Shown piece after piece: positions 12,922 to 25,519 of a stretch of 64,000 nucleotides of DNA. Made by a program: the position numbers and the translations under genes. Below the pieces are notes generated by a model. That model saw only the letters and a program-made list of their open reading frames with translations. It was not told the DNA's origin and did no database searches. The stretch covers positions 183,148,001-183,212,000 of the forward strand of contig NC_088791.1 in the NCBI RefSeq assembly GCF_011386835.1, read 5' to 3'. Positions within the stretch are counted from its first letter, which is position 1. Each line of letters opens with the position of its first letter. This stretch comes from Chrysemys picta bellii. Taxonomy: Eukaryota.

Positions 12922-13014
12922 ATGGAGATACACCTATCTCATAGAACTGGAAGGGACCTTGAAAGGCCATCGTGTCCAGTCCCCTGCCTTCACAGCAGGA
13001 CCAAGTACCGTCCC
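12922..13014 (-). mobile_element. 5'-truncated PolIII/SINE or CR1 3' end
   Basis: Same 3' tail as the SINEs at 11324 and 50435. Confidence 0.8.
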
Positions 13015-14266
13015 TACTCTATCTTTAATACTCAGCTTCAGTAACATTCATCTGTTATGTTGATGTGGATTTTTCCAAACAAGATTAGATAAAATTGCAA
13101 ATGTTCTAAAGTATTAATAGTCTCTCTGTTAATAGACCAGAGCTGCTATTGCTTGATAATAAACTGGAAACTGTTTCCAGCTTACTTTCTGCTTTAAGAT
13201 GGCATTGTTTTTCAGTACCATTAAATTCAAGGTTTGCCATTCAGGTGATCACTCAGGCAATCTTGCAGATTTGGTCCTCAGGAATAATCATCTTAACTTT
13301 TTGGGGCATAACAACCTGAGTGTTGTCCTGTGGATTGTTACATAAGCATAAGAAATTATTTCTCTGGAAGCACGGTGAAAGGGAAGTGAATAGAGAGTTG
13401 GCCTTAATTTTACAAGGAAGAAATCTATGGTGAAAGTCAGGAAATAATCTGTGTCCATAAAGTTAATGATATGTCAGTCTAATTGAATGCAATAGAATTG
13501 CATAGAACATGGCAGCACAAGACAAAGAGGTATAAATTAAATCAATCTTTGCAGTTCCTAGGAATGTACTACCTTTTCAATCACAAGTATATTGGCATGA
13601 AAGAAAGACAGTGCCACTGGCATGGTGTTGGTAAACTGATGTTGCAATGAAAAGTGGAGACTCAGTATTGTGAGTGTTGTACAGAGGCTGGACAAACAAG
13701 TATGGATCATCTTAGCAATTAATGGTCTGAGAAAGGCAGGATGCAAGCTAACTAGTTCTGCTGTAAGGTAATTTACTCTAGAGAATGACAACTGAATGCA
13801 AGTATGCTTCCATTCATTTGGAGCATACGGGTTGTTCTGCTTGTCTGCTTGCTCACAAATAAGAAGGTGAGTCTGTGAAAGAATGAATAGGGTCTTCATG
13901 GTTCCTATGTTTAGGCTTCTAAACGACCATATCATCAAAGAGGATCAGGTAATAGAGTAAAAAGTAAAGGTCCAAGTCCTACTCTTGAATTTTCACACGG
14001 ACTTCATTGGGAATCCCAGATTCTTGTCAAAGTAAAAAAATGACCTAAAACAGGGACTATTTAAGAAACCATACATATGAAAATTTGAATTGAACATGTG
14101 CATATTGACTCTTACACAAGGAAACAGAAAATAGAGTAACTTCTGATAATGGTAAGATTTCTTCAATGTTAAACTGAGGAAAATGGAGATGGGTGATAAT
14201 AGGGAAAGTATTTTGATATTGATGTGATGAAGTAATCAACAAAGTTGCATTCCATTTGTCATTGTC

Positions 14267-14308
14267 ACTGCTGCCCCTCCTGTACCTGTATTGTGATTAA
14301 ACTGATGA
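14267..14308 (+). repeat. 42-bp direct repeat, copy 1
   Basis: ACTGCTGCCCCTCCTGTACCTGTATTGTGATTAAACTGATGA, 41/42 identical to 15120-15161. Confidence 0.9.
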
Positions 14309-15119
14309 AACAACAACAACACAGTTACTCCTAGAGAATGTGATTCTGTTTTGCTCTTTCTGAGGAGGGTAGTTTTACATGGACTGCTTCCATATTATGT
14401 ACTCTAATAGGAGCTCAGAAATGATGGCTCTAAATAATGCATAATCCTCCTTTTTGCTGAGATGTATTTCCCTACATAAATGAAGTGATGATGGAAATAA
14501 ATTGTTTTCTAGTGTTTTGTAATCTGAATGTACATAAGTGCATTAATGTGAACTGAAATATATTTTGTTGTGGTGGCAAGAGTGCACAAATATGCTTTTA
14601 TAGATCTGACTTTTTGTTTGGTCGGGGAGCATGGGATTAAGGAAGTGGTTAAAAAAATATTTCCCCCAGGACATATTTGCAGAGGCCCTGATAGGGTTAT
14701 TGCCTTCCACTGAAGTTTGTTCTCCATTGGGATTAGGAAGGTGTAGCCCTCATTAGCCGTTTCCTGCAGGAAAGGAGTAGCAAATGTCTTCCCCCCCCCC
14801 ATCTTCTTTTGTTTTAGGTTGATATATAATGTAGTCTTGAAGAAACTCTAGGCCCCTAATATTCATCAGGCCCAGGCTGACTCTGACCGTAAGAAGGTGT
14901 CAGTTCAGTGGCCTGTGTAAATTGACATGATCATCACAGTCCACATTCTGGTGGGCACAAGTCCTCATCACAAAGAAGTACTATTGCTCTTGGCACTAAT
15001 TTTCATTGTTGAATGGGTATTTATTGCAGAGGATAAAGACGGAGTAGGCATGGATGAACTGAGTGTTCCTCTATGTCAGGATTAAGACATTGACGGGGCA
15101 GTATGGGGAGGTTTTCACT

Positions 15120-15161
15120 ACTGCTGCCCCTCCTGTACCTGTATTGTGACTAAACTGATGA
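15120..15161 (+). repeat. 42-bp direct repeat, copy 2
   Basis: ACTGCTGCCCCTCCTGTACCTGTATTGTGACTAAACTGATGA. Similarity to copy 1 stops abruptly on both sides. Confidence 0.9.
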
Positions 15162-15261
15162 TTACTTCAGTCTGCATGAGTGCTGATATGGACAAGGACA
15201 CCTCTCACAGGCACTGAATTTGCTTAACTCAAATTTAAAAAGAATGCAGTGAATATACATA

Positions 15262-15452
15262 CACCTCTACCCCGATATAACACTGTCCTCGGGAGCCAAA
15301 AAATCTTACCGCGTTATAGGTGAAACTGCGTTGTATCGAACTTGCTTTGATCCGCCGGAGTGCGCAGCCCTCCCCCTCCCCCGGAGCATTGCTTTACCAC
15401 GTTATATCCGGATTTGTGTTATATCAGGTCGCGTTATATCGGGGTAGAGGTG
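15262..15452. mobile_element. Tc1/mariner (pogo/Tigger-like) MITE
   Basis: Perfect 20-bp TIRs CACCTCTACCCCGATATAAC / GTTATATCGGGGTAGAGGTG with TA TSD. Confidence 0.9.
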
Positions 15453-16756
15453 TACATGATGAATGCCAGTCAGCATTATTCTTGAGGTGCTATCTGAAAG
15501 AAAGTACGGTGACAAATGCAATTTTATATTGCTGTGCCTTGTAGAAATATTGGACATAGCCTCAAGTCTCTGTTGCTAGTGCTTGGAACAATTATTATAC
15601 CCTTAGCGAAGTGTGAGACTGTTTAAGGTGTGATAGAAGACAGTATGTTGAAGTACAGTTTGTATTTACAATACCTGCAACATTGATTTACACCAGTGGG
15701 TGAGATTAGAATCTAGTCTGTAAGAAAATAAAGTATCTAGTTACAATGAACATTTTTTTTTTGGCTATCCTATGAAGGAATTATTGTCAATGGAAATATT
15801 TTAAGTTGGGCACTAAAAAATACGATCTCCTCCCTAATGATAACCTTCCAGAGAGGTGTCCTTTACCAGCTTGTCACTGTAATGACTTACATATAGGTGT
15901 CCTGTGCAACCTCGCTTTAGGTAATCCCAAGATTTCCAGTATAATTATGTTAATTTTCAAGTATAAGATCATCTGTTTTATGCAGCTAGATTTGCCTGGG
16001 ATCTTGAATGCTCACAAAGGGCCAGTTTCTCTATACTATTTGTTAAAGGAAAAATATTAGTGCTAAGTTTTTTATAATCATATGGTTGGAAATATAATAT
16101 ATTTGTAATGAATTAGGCAGAATTGCTAGCATAATTATTTGTGATGAATTCCAGTCTAATTGTGGATACTTACCTGAACTCTTCCATTTGTTTGACAGAA
16201 ATGTCTTGTCTCAGGTTGCATAATATACATTGATGCTCCACTAACCAATACTACAATGACAAGAATAACCTTGTGGTAATGCAATCAAAATGTACTCTTC
16301 CTCTCTAGGGGTGTTTACAGAGATCACCAGTAGTGCAAGTCTGGAAGCCTCTATCTTCTAAGTAAATGAGCAAAGCTACCTTTACATATCAACACTAAAC
16401 AGTAGAAATGGAAAAATGCCTTACAGGAAATAAAATGAGTTAATTGTTCTGAAAAATAGTCAAGGGCAGAAGGTTCAGTGGGTAAGAATATATCTTTTTT
16501 GAAAAACAAGCCATTACCATACTGCTGACTATTGTGAAAGTCAACAGATTAACACATTTTTGTGCACCTTTGCCATTACATATCAAAGATTAAAATTATT
16601 CTGATTTTCTTCCTGAACATAAATAAAACTAGGTGTATCATATTGAATGTTGCGGGACCTGGCTCATTGGCTAGAATGATGTCTCAGCTCATCATTATTG
16701 TTTTCAATATGAAGTGGCTCCTGCTCCCAGGATGGAGTGTTCTGCCAGGATGAGAG

Positions 16757-17809
16757 CAGGGTGGATTGATTTTAATCGCAGATTTTAAATCACGATTTAA
16801 GTCAGCAGCAAGAAACCTTGATTTAAATTACTGATTTTAATCATGTTTTGCATTTGTAGTTTTTAGTTATTTTCCTAAAGAGAGATTAACTCTCATAAGT
16901 TGGTAGCCATTAAAACATGTTATTTGCACCGAAGTATAGCCTTTACACTAAATTTGGTGTTTCTTTTTGCTAACCAGGAGGATATGCTATCTCTATATAT
17001 ATTTATTTAAGCAATCACGTAGCTTACCTTTACATTTATTCAGATGATTAATTTCTACATGTTTATTATATTAAAATGATGAATCATGGGTTTCTTATTT
17101 GCTGGATGATGATTAATTTTTTACTTGTGACTTGTGCCAAGCTCTATTTGGTTGGAAATTAAATTGAAAAACACAAACAGCATTTTAAATGCTTTTATTA
17201 AATAAAACCTTAAATACTTGTTTGATCAAAATATGTTTTGCATTTCAAACTAAATGATTTATTAAGTAGTTTTGTGTAGTATAGTTGGTGAATTGAATTG
17301 GGTCACCGGGCCATTCAAGATTTTAGAATGGGTAGATTTCACCCTCTCATATATAGTTTTTATTCATAGATTGAAAGAGGAAAAACAAGTTTTCCTGTTT
17401 TTTCAACTCCCAATTAGTTTCTTAACTTTGCCTCAACTAGGCACTGAACTGAACTAGCTGAGTAAAGTAAAAGAGAGAAAATATTGTCTCAGCACCTGCA
17501 GACGGGGCTACTGCTGTCAAAAGCTGGTTTAGTGATTCAAGAAAACCTGATTCCAGGTGCTTAGCCAGTGACTTCTAGCAGTGGTTTGCTTTTCTTTAAA
17601 ACTTAGCAGCAAACATGTATTGCTTAATATTTGTTTTTGAATTTAATTTAAATGATTTTAATAGATTAAAGTGTAGGCCTTAACATAGGTTGTCAATATC
17701 AAATTTAGCTTTAAATAAGCTTATTTAAAAAAAAAACCCTACATTTAATTTAAATAAATAGAAAGAGAATTTTTTAAAAGGTGAAAAACTATTTACTTTA
17801 TCAAACCTG
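16757..17809 (-). mobile_element. hAT deletion derivative retaining transposase C-terminal (dimerization domain) remnant
   Basis: Ends cagggtggatt / tttatcaaacctg, TSD gatgagag/gatattag (5/8). Minus strand ~17480-17580 translates C*KSLAKHLESGFLESLNQLLTAVAPSAGAETIFSL, resembling the hATC WW...ASSAxxERxFS motif. Confidence 0.7.
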
Positions 17810-20109
17810 GATATTAGCCCTGTGTAACAGACGTATCAGAAGTTTCCATGAAAGTTTATTGTGAATGGGAAACAGGTTAATTTTGAAATAAAGTCTGTAG
17901 TCACATACTGCACATGGATGCCAAAATGCCCCATCAAAACCTCCTTTGTTCAGTCTATCTGTACAGCACTTTGAATGCGTAAAGTGCTATATACAGTGCT
18001 AAGTAGTAGTATATCTAATGAAAAGATGTTTTAAGACTTTGCATTTTAGGCAAATTATATCTTTGGACAAACTGCAACATAGTAATCCATTGATTTTTTT
18101 TATATTAATATTTGTGTAATTAAAGCTGCTGAACAGATGCATTGTGCCTGGTTTCTGTTTGGAGACTAATGGAGCTGGTATGTAACACAAACCAGGATTA
18201 CCATTTCTTACACAATTGGTGGCAGTACTGAGTAGTCATGGGTATTTTCTTGTTTTATATATTAATTAAAACAACAGACTTGCAGGAAAAGTCTTGTACT
18301 CATTTGGTCGCTGATCCATGAAGGTGGCCCTCTGTGCTCAAAGCCGAGCTGAATGAAATTCAGTGAGGCTCAGAACAGAATGAGCCTGTGTGATCCAATT
18401 ACAGGAGTGGGCCCTTTAGTTGTTTTTTGTGTAGGTTGCAGAAAGGAGGAGTTGTTTTGGCAGAGTAAATTTTCAACTTTGTCCATAGATAATTGTCATA
18501 ATGTTTGCCATTAAGTGTAATGTTTTAGCTATAGTTTCCTTCAGATATAAGGCCCTGATTCATCAAACCGTCCCTGTCCAGTGTTTAATCACATGCTTAA
18601 CTTTCACTGACTTTAATGGGACTTGAGCATGTACTTAAAGTTGAACATGTAAATGAATGTTGGGCTGACCAGGGATGAATTTAAGCAAATATGTAATTGT
18701 TGTTTGAATTGGGGCCTAAATCCCCAGGGAAAGGGAGAGTACTAATAAGAGAAAGCACATTTGATTCTCTCAGTATATTTATTAATTGAAATCTATTTAA
18801 AATTAAATATATAATAGCAGCCCAAAACAACTACGAGTTTGTGTGGAGGAGGAGGGAGACACCCAATTTTTTCTTTTACACATGATTAAATTTAAACTTA
18901 GCTATGAGAAGAATATTTGGTTTATTAATCTCTTAAAGTGCCATTTTGTCTTTGTCTGATTTGAGTGGCTTTAAGCCAAGATGCAGTTGCTTCACAGGCT
19001 TCAAACTGAAGACTTTGATTGCATCTAAAAGTAGACAAAATGGTGTCTTAAAGATCTTTAGTCTTTAGTTCATTGTAAGTGGGATATGAAAAAAAGAGGG
19101 AGGAAAAATAAATCATAATATATAAAGGATTTGTTCCTTTAAGAGTACAGTAATTCTTCCACATTTGTTGTTAATTATATTAACACCATAAAATGCTACT
19201 AATACAGAAGAAAAAGTAAAATTTCAGGGTTTTTAAAGTCGAATACTAAAACACTAATAAATATCTTTACGATTCGGGCATAAAGTTCAAGAGAGAATTT
19301 GAACATCTGTGTCACTTAAACTTAACTTAAGGCTTAGGTGATGCTAATGACTTGGGATGGGCTCTCTACATCTGGGTGAAATTTCACCCTAGCTATGCAG
19401 GACCTGATCCAGAGCTAAATGAAGTTAATGGAAGCTGGACAAGGTGCTCAGTCAGGTTTGAGGCTGAAAGGTGGCTTGCACCCTGCTGAATATTACTTCA
19501 TAGCAGATAGTTCCAACAGTTTGAACATCACGCTTCATAGATTCTTTAGAGCATTCTAACGCAAAGAAGTTTGTTTCTTATGGTAGTTCTAGTTCTGGAT
19601 ACACGATCAATGTTATTGGGGGAAAATAAACTTCCCATTTTTGAGTGTACTACATTACTTGTTCTTTTTTTTTTTTTTTTTCCCCATAACTTCACAACTG
19701 GCTCTGACTGGAATTTATTAGTGGGAAGCTGTGGTGCATTTTAAGATGCTTACAGCAGTTTAGGAAATATTCTTCTTGGAGTCCAAAATATAAAGCATTT
19801 TTGAACTTTAGTCTTTGCTGTCAAGACAAAGTGGTATATAATTAGTTACTTCAGTAATCTTTGCACTTAAATAGATTTTACTATTTACTTGCTCAATAAA
19901 GAGCTGCTGATGCCTCATGGAAATTTTTTTTGAACATAGTAATCTATAAAATACTCTGTTTCTCTACCATATATTTTCTGATTGCTCTTTGCTGCTAAGG
20001 ATATTTGCATGATCTTTGTTTTGTGAAGTGCTCATCTGCTGTTTTTTGCTGGTCCCATGCCTTCTTGCTCCTCTTCCTCTTCCACCTTTATCCAATTATA
20101 TTTCTAAAG

Positions 20110-20325
20110 CGGTGGTCCCCAAACTTCCCCCCCTTATCCCTATCCACCCCCTCCACGTAGCTGGGAGTTGGGGGACAGGGGAAAGGGAGCAAAGCTGGGG
20201 GTGGGGGCAGGAACAGACCCTTGGCCAGGGGCCCCGAGGCCGGGGACTTGGGCTGGCAGCCGAGGCCCCCGGGCATGGGATGTGCAGTGCTCCTCCCCAC
20301 CCCCTGTCCAGACACCGGCCATGCC
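20110..20325. mobile_element. hAT MITE fragment (CAGTGGTCCCCAAACT-type end)
   Basis: Left end cggtggtccccaaact preceded by the TA-centred octamer ttctaaag, with a GC-rich body. Right TIR not found. Confidence 0.5.
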
Positions 20326-20739
20326 CTCCTGAATGTTACTCTGTGTCCTCCTAGAAAGGTGCACCCCACAGATTGAGGGTCTCTGTTCTAAAGCAACTGA
20401 CTGTGATGGACAGCTGTCAAGACACTCACCAGATGCAAGAGTTACCCATGTTGAGAAGTTTAGTCCCATGTCCTTCCCTGCCTCCTTACTAGAGCTTCAG
20501 TACACATGCCCTGTTCATGAGGTACTGCTGAAATCCACAGCTGGCCAACAAAATACACTTTACACTTTAAATTCACTACTTGCGAAGGTCAATGGAGTTC
20601 TGCTGAATCAGGCCATAATTTGTCAACACATAATTTGGTGAGCTGTGTGTCCATCCATGTTTCCAGTATGTTTCTTTTTGAAGTCTGTTGTGCAGCCATT
20701 GTCCTGTATACTGCCACCTTTCCAGGGCTCAGAAGGTCT

Positions 20740-20850
20740 GGGTTCAGTTCCTGGTTCTGACATGGACTTCTTATGTGACTTTGGGCAAGTCACTCAATCT
20801 GTGTCTAAATTCCCTATCTGTAAAATGGGTATAGCAACACTTCAGCTCCT
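20740..20850 (+). mobile_element. MIR/CORE-SINE-like fragment
   Basis: tgtgactttgggcaagtcactcaatc...tccctatctgtaaaatgggtata matches the CORE-SINE core pattern. Confidence 0.6.
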
Positions 20851-22218
20851 TGATGAAACAGTGGTGGGAGTTGAAGGTTACATAAGTATCTAGACAGATA
20901 TTTAGATGGAAAATAGAGGGCAAGGACAGAAAAAGGCAAAGAAGAATAAGAGCAGGAAGAAGCAATGCAAGAGGTGCCTTAACAAAGAGATAAATGCGAG
21001 GAGTTAGGGATAAAAGACCATATAAATCAGGAATGCCTCATATTGTCAGTGTACTCAAGTCATTCCAATCAAGAGCATTGCTGCTTTCTCTGAAGCACAG
21101 GGCAGAGTGAGGCACCAATTGGTAATTGGGACAGTACTTTATTTAAATTGTGCAACTGATTGTCTGCTTGGCTCCCCAGTCTGACAGGTGGATCAAAGTG
21201 AATTGTTGAGAGGCGTGTACAATAAGTATCTCTACCACGCTGCTGACTACACCAGTAAAGCAGAGGAGACTATTCAAATCTCCTGAAAATGAGGAAGTGT
21301 CTGTTGAGCTTTGTGGCTCTGGTGGTGTCATACACAAGGATAATGACTATGACCCTTATCCTCTTTATGCATGGTAAAATGGTAGGAGTGGCAAAAAGGG
21401 TCTCTAAAAGCCCCATTTCTAGCTGGGGAAACAATTCCCTGGTGTAGGAACTATGCATTTGGTAAGGCTGCATTCCAAGGTGCCCTAGCAAATCGTGGCA
21501 TAGGAGTGGGAGACCTCATGGCAGGGGCAGCAGGGGGCAGAGCCAGAGTTCTCAGAGAAGCCCAGGATCAGTAGACTGCAAAGGTGGCTTAAAGACTCCA
21601 TAGTCTCCCCTCTCCTCCCCTGGGATGTGAGTTCAGTATTGGACCTCTAAGAGATGCAGCACAGAATCTCGCCCTATGACATTAAGTGGAGATAAATGGC
21701 GAGAGCAGGAAAGAGGAACAAGACAATGTAGAGGGTCAAATTCACAATGTGCCTAATTGGATGCAACTCCATAGACTTGAATTTGAGTGGCTTCTGCTTT
21801 CGGCAGTGGTTAACTTCCCCTAAAGTGAATAGAAATGTTTCAAAATATTTCTTGTTATTTAATATTTAAGGACAATTATTCTTTTCTTTGGGTTAAGCTT
21901 GATAAATATATTACAGAAATTATTGTTTAACACAATTTTGATTTAAAATAAAATACACTTCTGCTAGATTACTGCTCTTTCGCTCTATTGATTTATTGAT
22001 TTTTGAACACCAACAGTAACCTTATATTCATTGCTAAAGGCTGAGATCTAATTACTGGCCAAGATTAAGCAGGTCCATGATTGCTGAACTGGTGATTCAT
22101 ATGCTAACATGTCTGCTTATCACATAAGTGATATTTCCAGAGATACAAGGCCAATAAACACTGACTAATACCATATATGCAGTTTAGATATGAGAAAATA
22201 ATTTCTTTTCCATTAGAC

Positions 22219-22554
22219 CAGGGGTCGGCAACGTTTGGCACACGGCTCGCCAGGGTAAGCACCCTGGCGGGCCGGGCCAGTTTTATTTACCTGCTGACGT
22301 GGCAGGTTCGGCCGATCACAGCCCCCACTGGCCGCAGTTTGCCGTCCCGGGCCATTGGGGGCGGCGAGAAGCCGCCGCCAGCACATCGCTCTCCCGCGCC
22401 GCTTCTCGCCACCCCCATTGGCCCAGGACGGCGAACCGCGGCCAGTGGGGGCCGCGATCGGCCGAACCTGCCGCGTAAGGAGGTAAATAAAACTGGCCCA
22501 GCCCGCCAGGGTGCTTACCCTGGCGAGCCGCGTGCCGAACGTTGCCGACCCCTG
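22219..22554. mobile_element. Palindromic hAT MITE, family A copy 1
   Basis: TIR CAGGGGTCGGCAACG, whole element self-complementary, perfect TSD CATTAGAC. Confidence 0.95.
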
Positions 22555-23202
22555 CATTAGACTTTCGGCTTGCTAAATTTTACTGAGATTCTTTCTGTTA
22601 ATAAAAATTAAGTCCTCCCAAAAGCTAAGTATTTGTGTCAAATGACCTTACTCACGAGTCATATGCAGAGAATTTATTGGCTTCACAAACATTTTTTTTT
22701 CAATTAAGGTTTCGTGCACTATAGATGTTTCACAAGTTAGCATACAAGACAATAAGTATCTGAGTATTTAAGCCTTTGATATGTCATGTTCCTAGACAGA
22801 TATGCACTACTTAAACCATAAAGGCCAACATACATTGGCTAATAAGGACCAATAAGTGTAGTTCAGAACTCCTAATGGTACTAGGAAAATGCCTCTATTT
22901 AAAGTCTTATAAAAATAATACTTTTGTTCCTTGGCTAGAAGGTCAAATGATTATATAAATTAAGATGAAAGATGACTAATACAATGGGATCTGTAGAAAG
23001 AAAGAGTAGATTTTATCATGTAAGAGAGGAAGAAATAGATTGTTGTGGTCACGTGTGGCCTTAAAATCTCTGAATCCATGAAGAAGATACAGAATTAACA
23101 TGAGACAGGTTATGGGTTTAGAAAGAAGGAAAGAGAAGAATCAAAAGAAATATGAAACACTGAAATTACGAATCTGGAAGACAGGAATGACACTAATAGA
23201 AT

Positions 23203-23242
23203 GCGTCTGATGAAGTGGGCATTCACCCACGAAAGCTTATGC
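23203..23242 (+). ncRNA. Minimal type-I hammerhead ribozyme motif, core intact
   Basis: GCGT CTGATGA A GTGGG cattca CCCAC GAAA GCTT ATGC: stem I GCGU/AUGC, 5-bp stem II, palindromic AGCU stem III, CUU cleavage triplet. Activity untested. Confidence 0.7.
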
Positions 23243-23330
23243 TCCAATACTTCTGTTAGTCTTACAGGTGCCACAAGACCCTCTGTTGCTTTTTACAGAT
23301 TCAGACTAACACGGCTACCCCTCTGTTACT
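23203..23330 (+). mobile_element. Penelope-like element 3' terminus (128 bp)
   Basis: Ends gactaacacggctacccctctgttact. Flanked by a 15-bp direct repeat TGACACTAATAGAAT (23188-23202, 23331-23345). Confidence 0.88.
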
Positions 23331-23613
23331 TGACACTAATAGAATAGTTGACTGACTATATTGCTACTTAATTAATATATGTCCTTTCTAACTTGCTACG
23401 TGGTTTGTCAATCATGGCAAGTCGTAGTATCCTTGCCAATATGATATCATACTACATAATCAGAAAATTATACTAGGAAATGTATATTCATCCAGCCTGA
23501 AGTCCTCAGACTTATCCATAATGTATCCAAATGCATTTCTGAGATAAATACTGTTTCAGTCATATCTGCTGGTGACTGTGACTTTTAATCAAGTGATTGA
23601 CCTCCTGCTAGAG

Positions 23614-23944
23614 CAGGGGTCGGCAACATTCGGCATGCGGCTCGCCAGGGTAAGCACCCTGGCGGGCCGGGCCAGTTTATTTACCTGCTGACGAGGCAGG
23701 TTCGGCCGATCGTGGCCCCCCACTGGCCGCGGTTCGCCGTCCCGGGCCAATGGGGGCGGCGAGAAGCTGCGGCCAGCACATCGCTCGCCCGTGCCGCTTC
23801 TCGCCGCCCCCATTGGCCCAGGATGGCAAATGCCAGTGGGGGCCGCGATCGGCCGAACCTGCCGCGTCAGCAGGTAAATAAACTGGCCCGGCCCGCCAGG
23901 GTGCTTACCCTGGCGAGCCGCGTGCCGAACGTTGCCAACACCTG
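23614..23944. mobile_element. Palindromic hAT MITE, family A copy 2
   Basis: Same TIR and body as 22219, perfect TSD TGCTAGAG. Confidence 0.95.
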
Positions 23945-25329
23945 TGCTAGAGAGTCAAAGAGCAATGAAGGTAAGTCGGGGATAAAACAGAGTTAAAATG
24001 TTTTTAAAGATCTATGGTTAGTAGACATTAGGAGGTTAGTTAACACATATAGAATGGATTTAAGAATAAGATTTCTTATCCCAAAACATCTGATAAAATG
24101 TATGTTAACAGGTCTACTATGTATATATTAATACATATGAGTGTATATGTACATATACTGTATATCTGATAATGCTCAAATTACACAAGCTATTGCTAAT
24201 CTAGACATGCCCAAAAGGCAATTCTGAATGTAGTTCTCACATTAGAGAAATCTTTTTATGGTTTCTTATGAGTAGAAACAGAATCAGTTTTAGAATTCAA
24301 TGAACAAGGAGCCCCAAGCTATTCTATGTGGTGGGGATGCCTGGAAGGGAGACATTAGAGGAATAATTATCTTTTATTCTTCCAAAAGAAAAAGAATTCT
24401 GAGGGGGAAAAAAACTGGGGAGGCCGGGTTGGTGGCTTTGCATAATTAATATTCAGAATACCTCAATTCAAATGAAAAGTGAATGCAAGCTAGATAGCAA
24501 ACTGATATATTTATAACTACAAAGAATGAATATGCTTTGTGTTAAGCAATAGCTAAAAAACTTTTGGGAACCATCAAAAAAGAGAGGCAATTTTTGGTCT
24601 GTTTATATACACATCAACACATGAAAATACTAATTGAGGGCCCAGTTCAAGAAAGTATCCTGATCTAGGAAAGTGCTCCAGTGTGTGCTTAAAATTAAGC
24701 ACATGTATATGTACTGTTCCTGAATAAGGATGCTTTCCTGAATTGGAAGTCACTAGAAGTTAATTATTAAACTGATAATAGGGGCAAAAATAATAATTTA
24801 GTTCATAAAAATAATTAATCCACACATTCATTTAGAAATATTTGTAAAATATGTATACCTCCCCATTATATCCATAGAGGATACCTTAAAGCTTACCCAT
24901 TCTGGTAGTATTCCTAATACTAAAAATGGGGAATATCTGTAGAACTGGAAAGAATTTTTGAAATGCACCCATTACACATGCCAACCAAAAATGAATCAAG
25001 ATATTAAGAAAAAAAATCAAAATAAATTGCAATATTTGTCTGGATAACTGATTCAGCCAGGTTCAGTAGAAATCTAATTTGTCTGTATGCAAAGATCACT
25101 CCTGGAAGAAAAATTGCTATTGTCCTTATGTATTGGTCTGACCATAATATTAAAAGGACAAAAAAATCCAGTGAATATACAAACTGCAGTCCAATCTTAT
25201 TGATAAATGAAGACATCATTCTAGAAAAAAAATGGCTAAAACACTATTAGGAAAAATAATTCCCCAAATTGTCCACAAATCAAGGAGAATATATTCAGGA
25301 AAAAAAAATGCCTTAACCAATGTGTCAGT

Positions 25330-25515
25330 TTCACAGATTAAGGCCAAAAGGGACCACTGTTATTCTCTAGTCTGACCATAACTTTTGGTTGAGCTAGACA
25401 ATAAAGACATTCAGTCTTAATTTAAAGATTTCAAGTGACAAAGAATCCACCACATCCTTAGTTAAGTTGTTGGAATGTGAATTTACTGTCCCTATTAAGG
25501 ATGTACACTTTATTT
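25330..25515 (-). mobile_element. Old CR1 3' fragment
   Basis: aggccaaaagggaccact...tagtctgacc and gaatccaccacatcctt are reverse-strand CR1 3' motifs. Confidence 0.55.
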
Positions 25516-25519
25516 ATTT

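Noticed and set aside
14224-14305. C/D box snoRNA (GTGATGA ... CTGA)
   Set aside because: The boxes are present at plausible spacing, but there is no terminal stem and no recognisable rRNA/snRNA guide.
20355-20521. 167-nt AG...GT open segment (in ORF 20333..20641)
   Set aside because: Weak donor, unrecognised peptide, and a MITE lies directly upstream of the acceptor. Not supportable without RNA data.
21190-21290. Possible exon VDQSELLRGVYNKYLYHAADYTSKAEETIQIS*
   Set aside because: Short, weak acceptor, and no homology recognised.
22177-22560. ORFs over family A MITEs (also 23589, 29794, 44211, 58388)
   Set aside because: Artefacts of GC-rich palindromic repeats that lack stop codons, with no transposase motifs.
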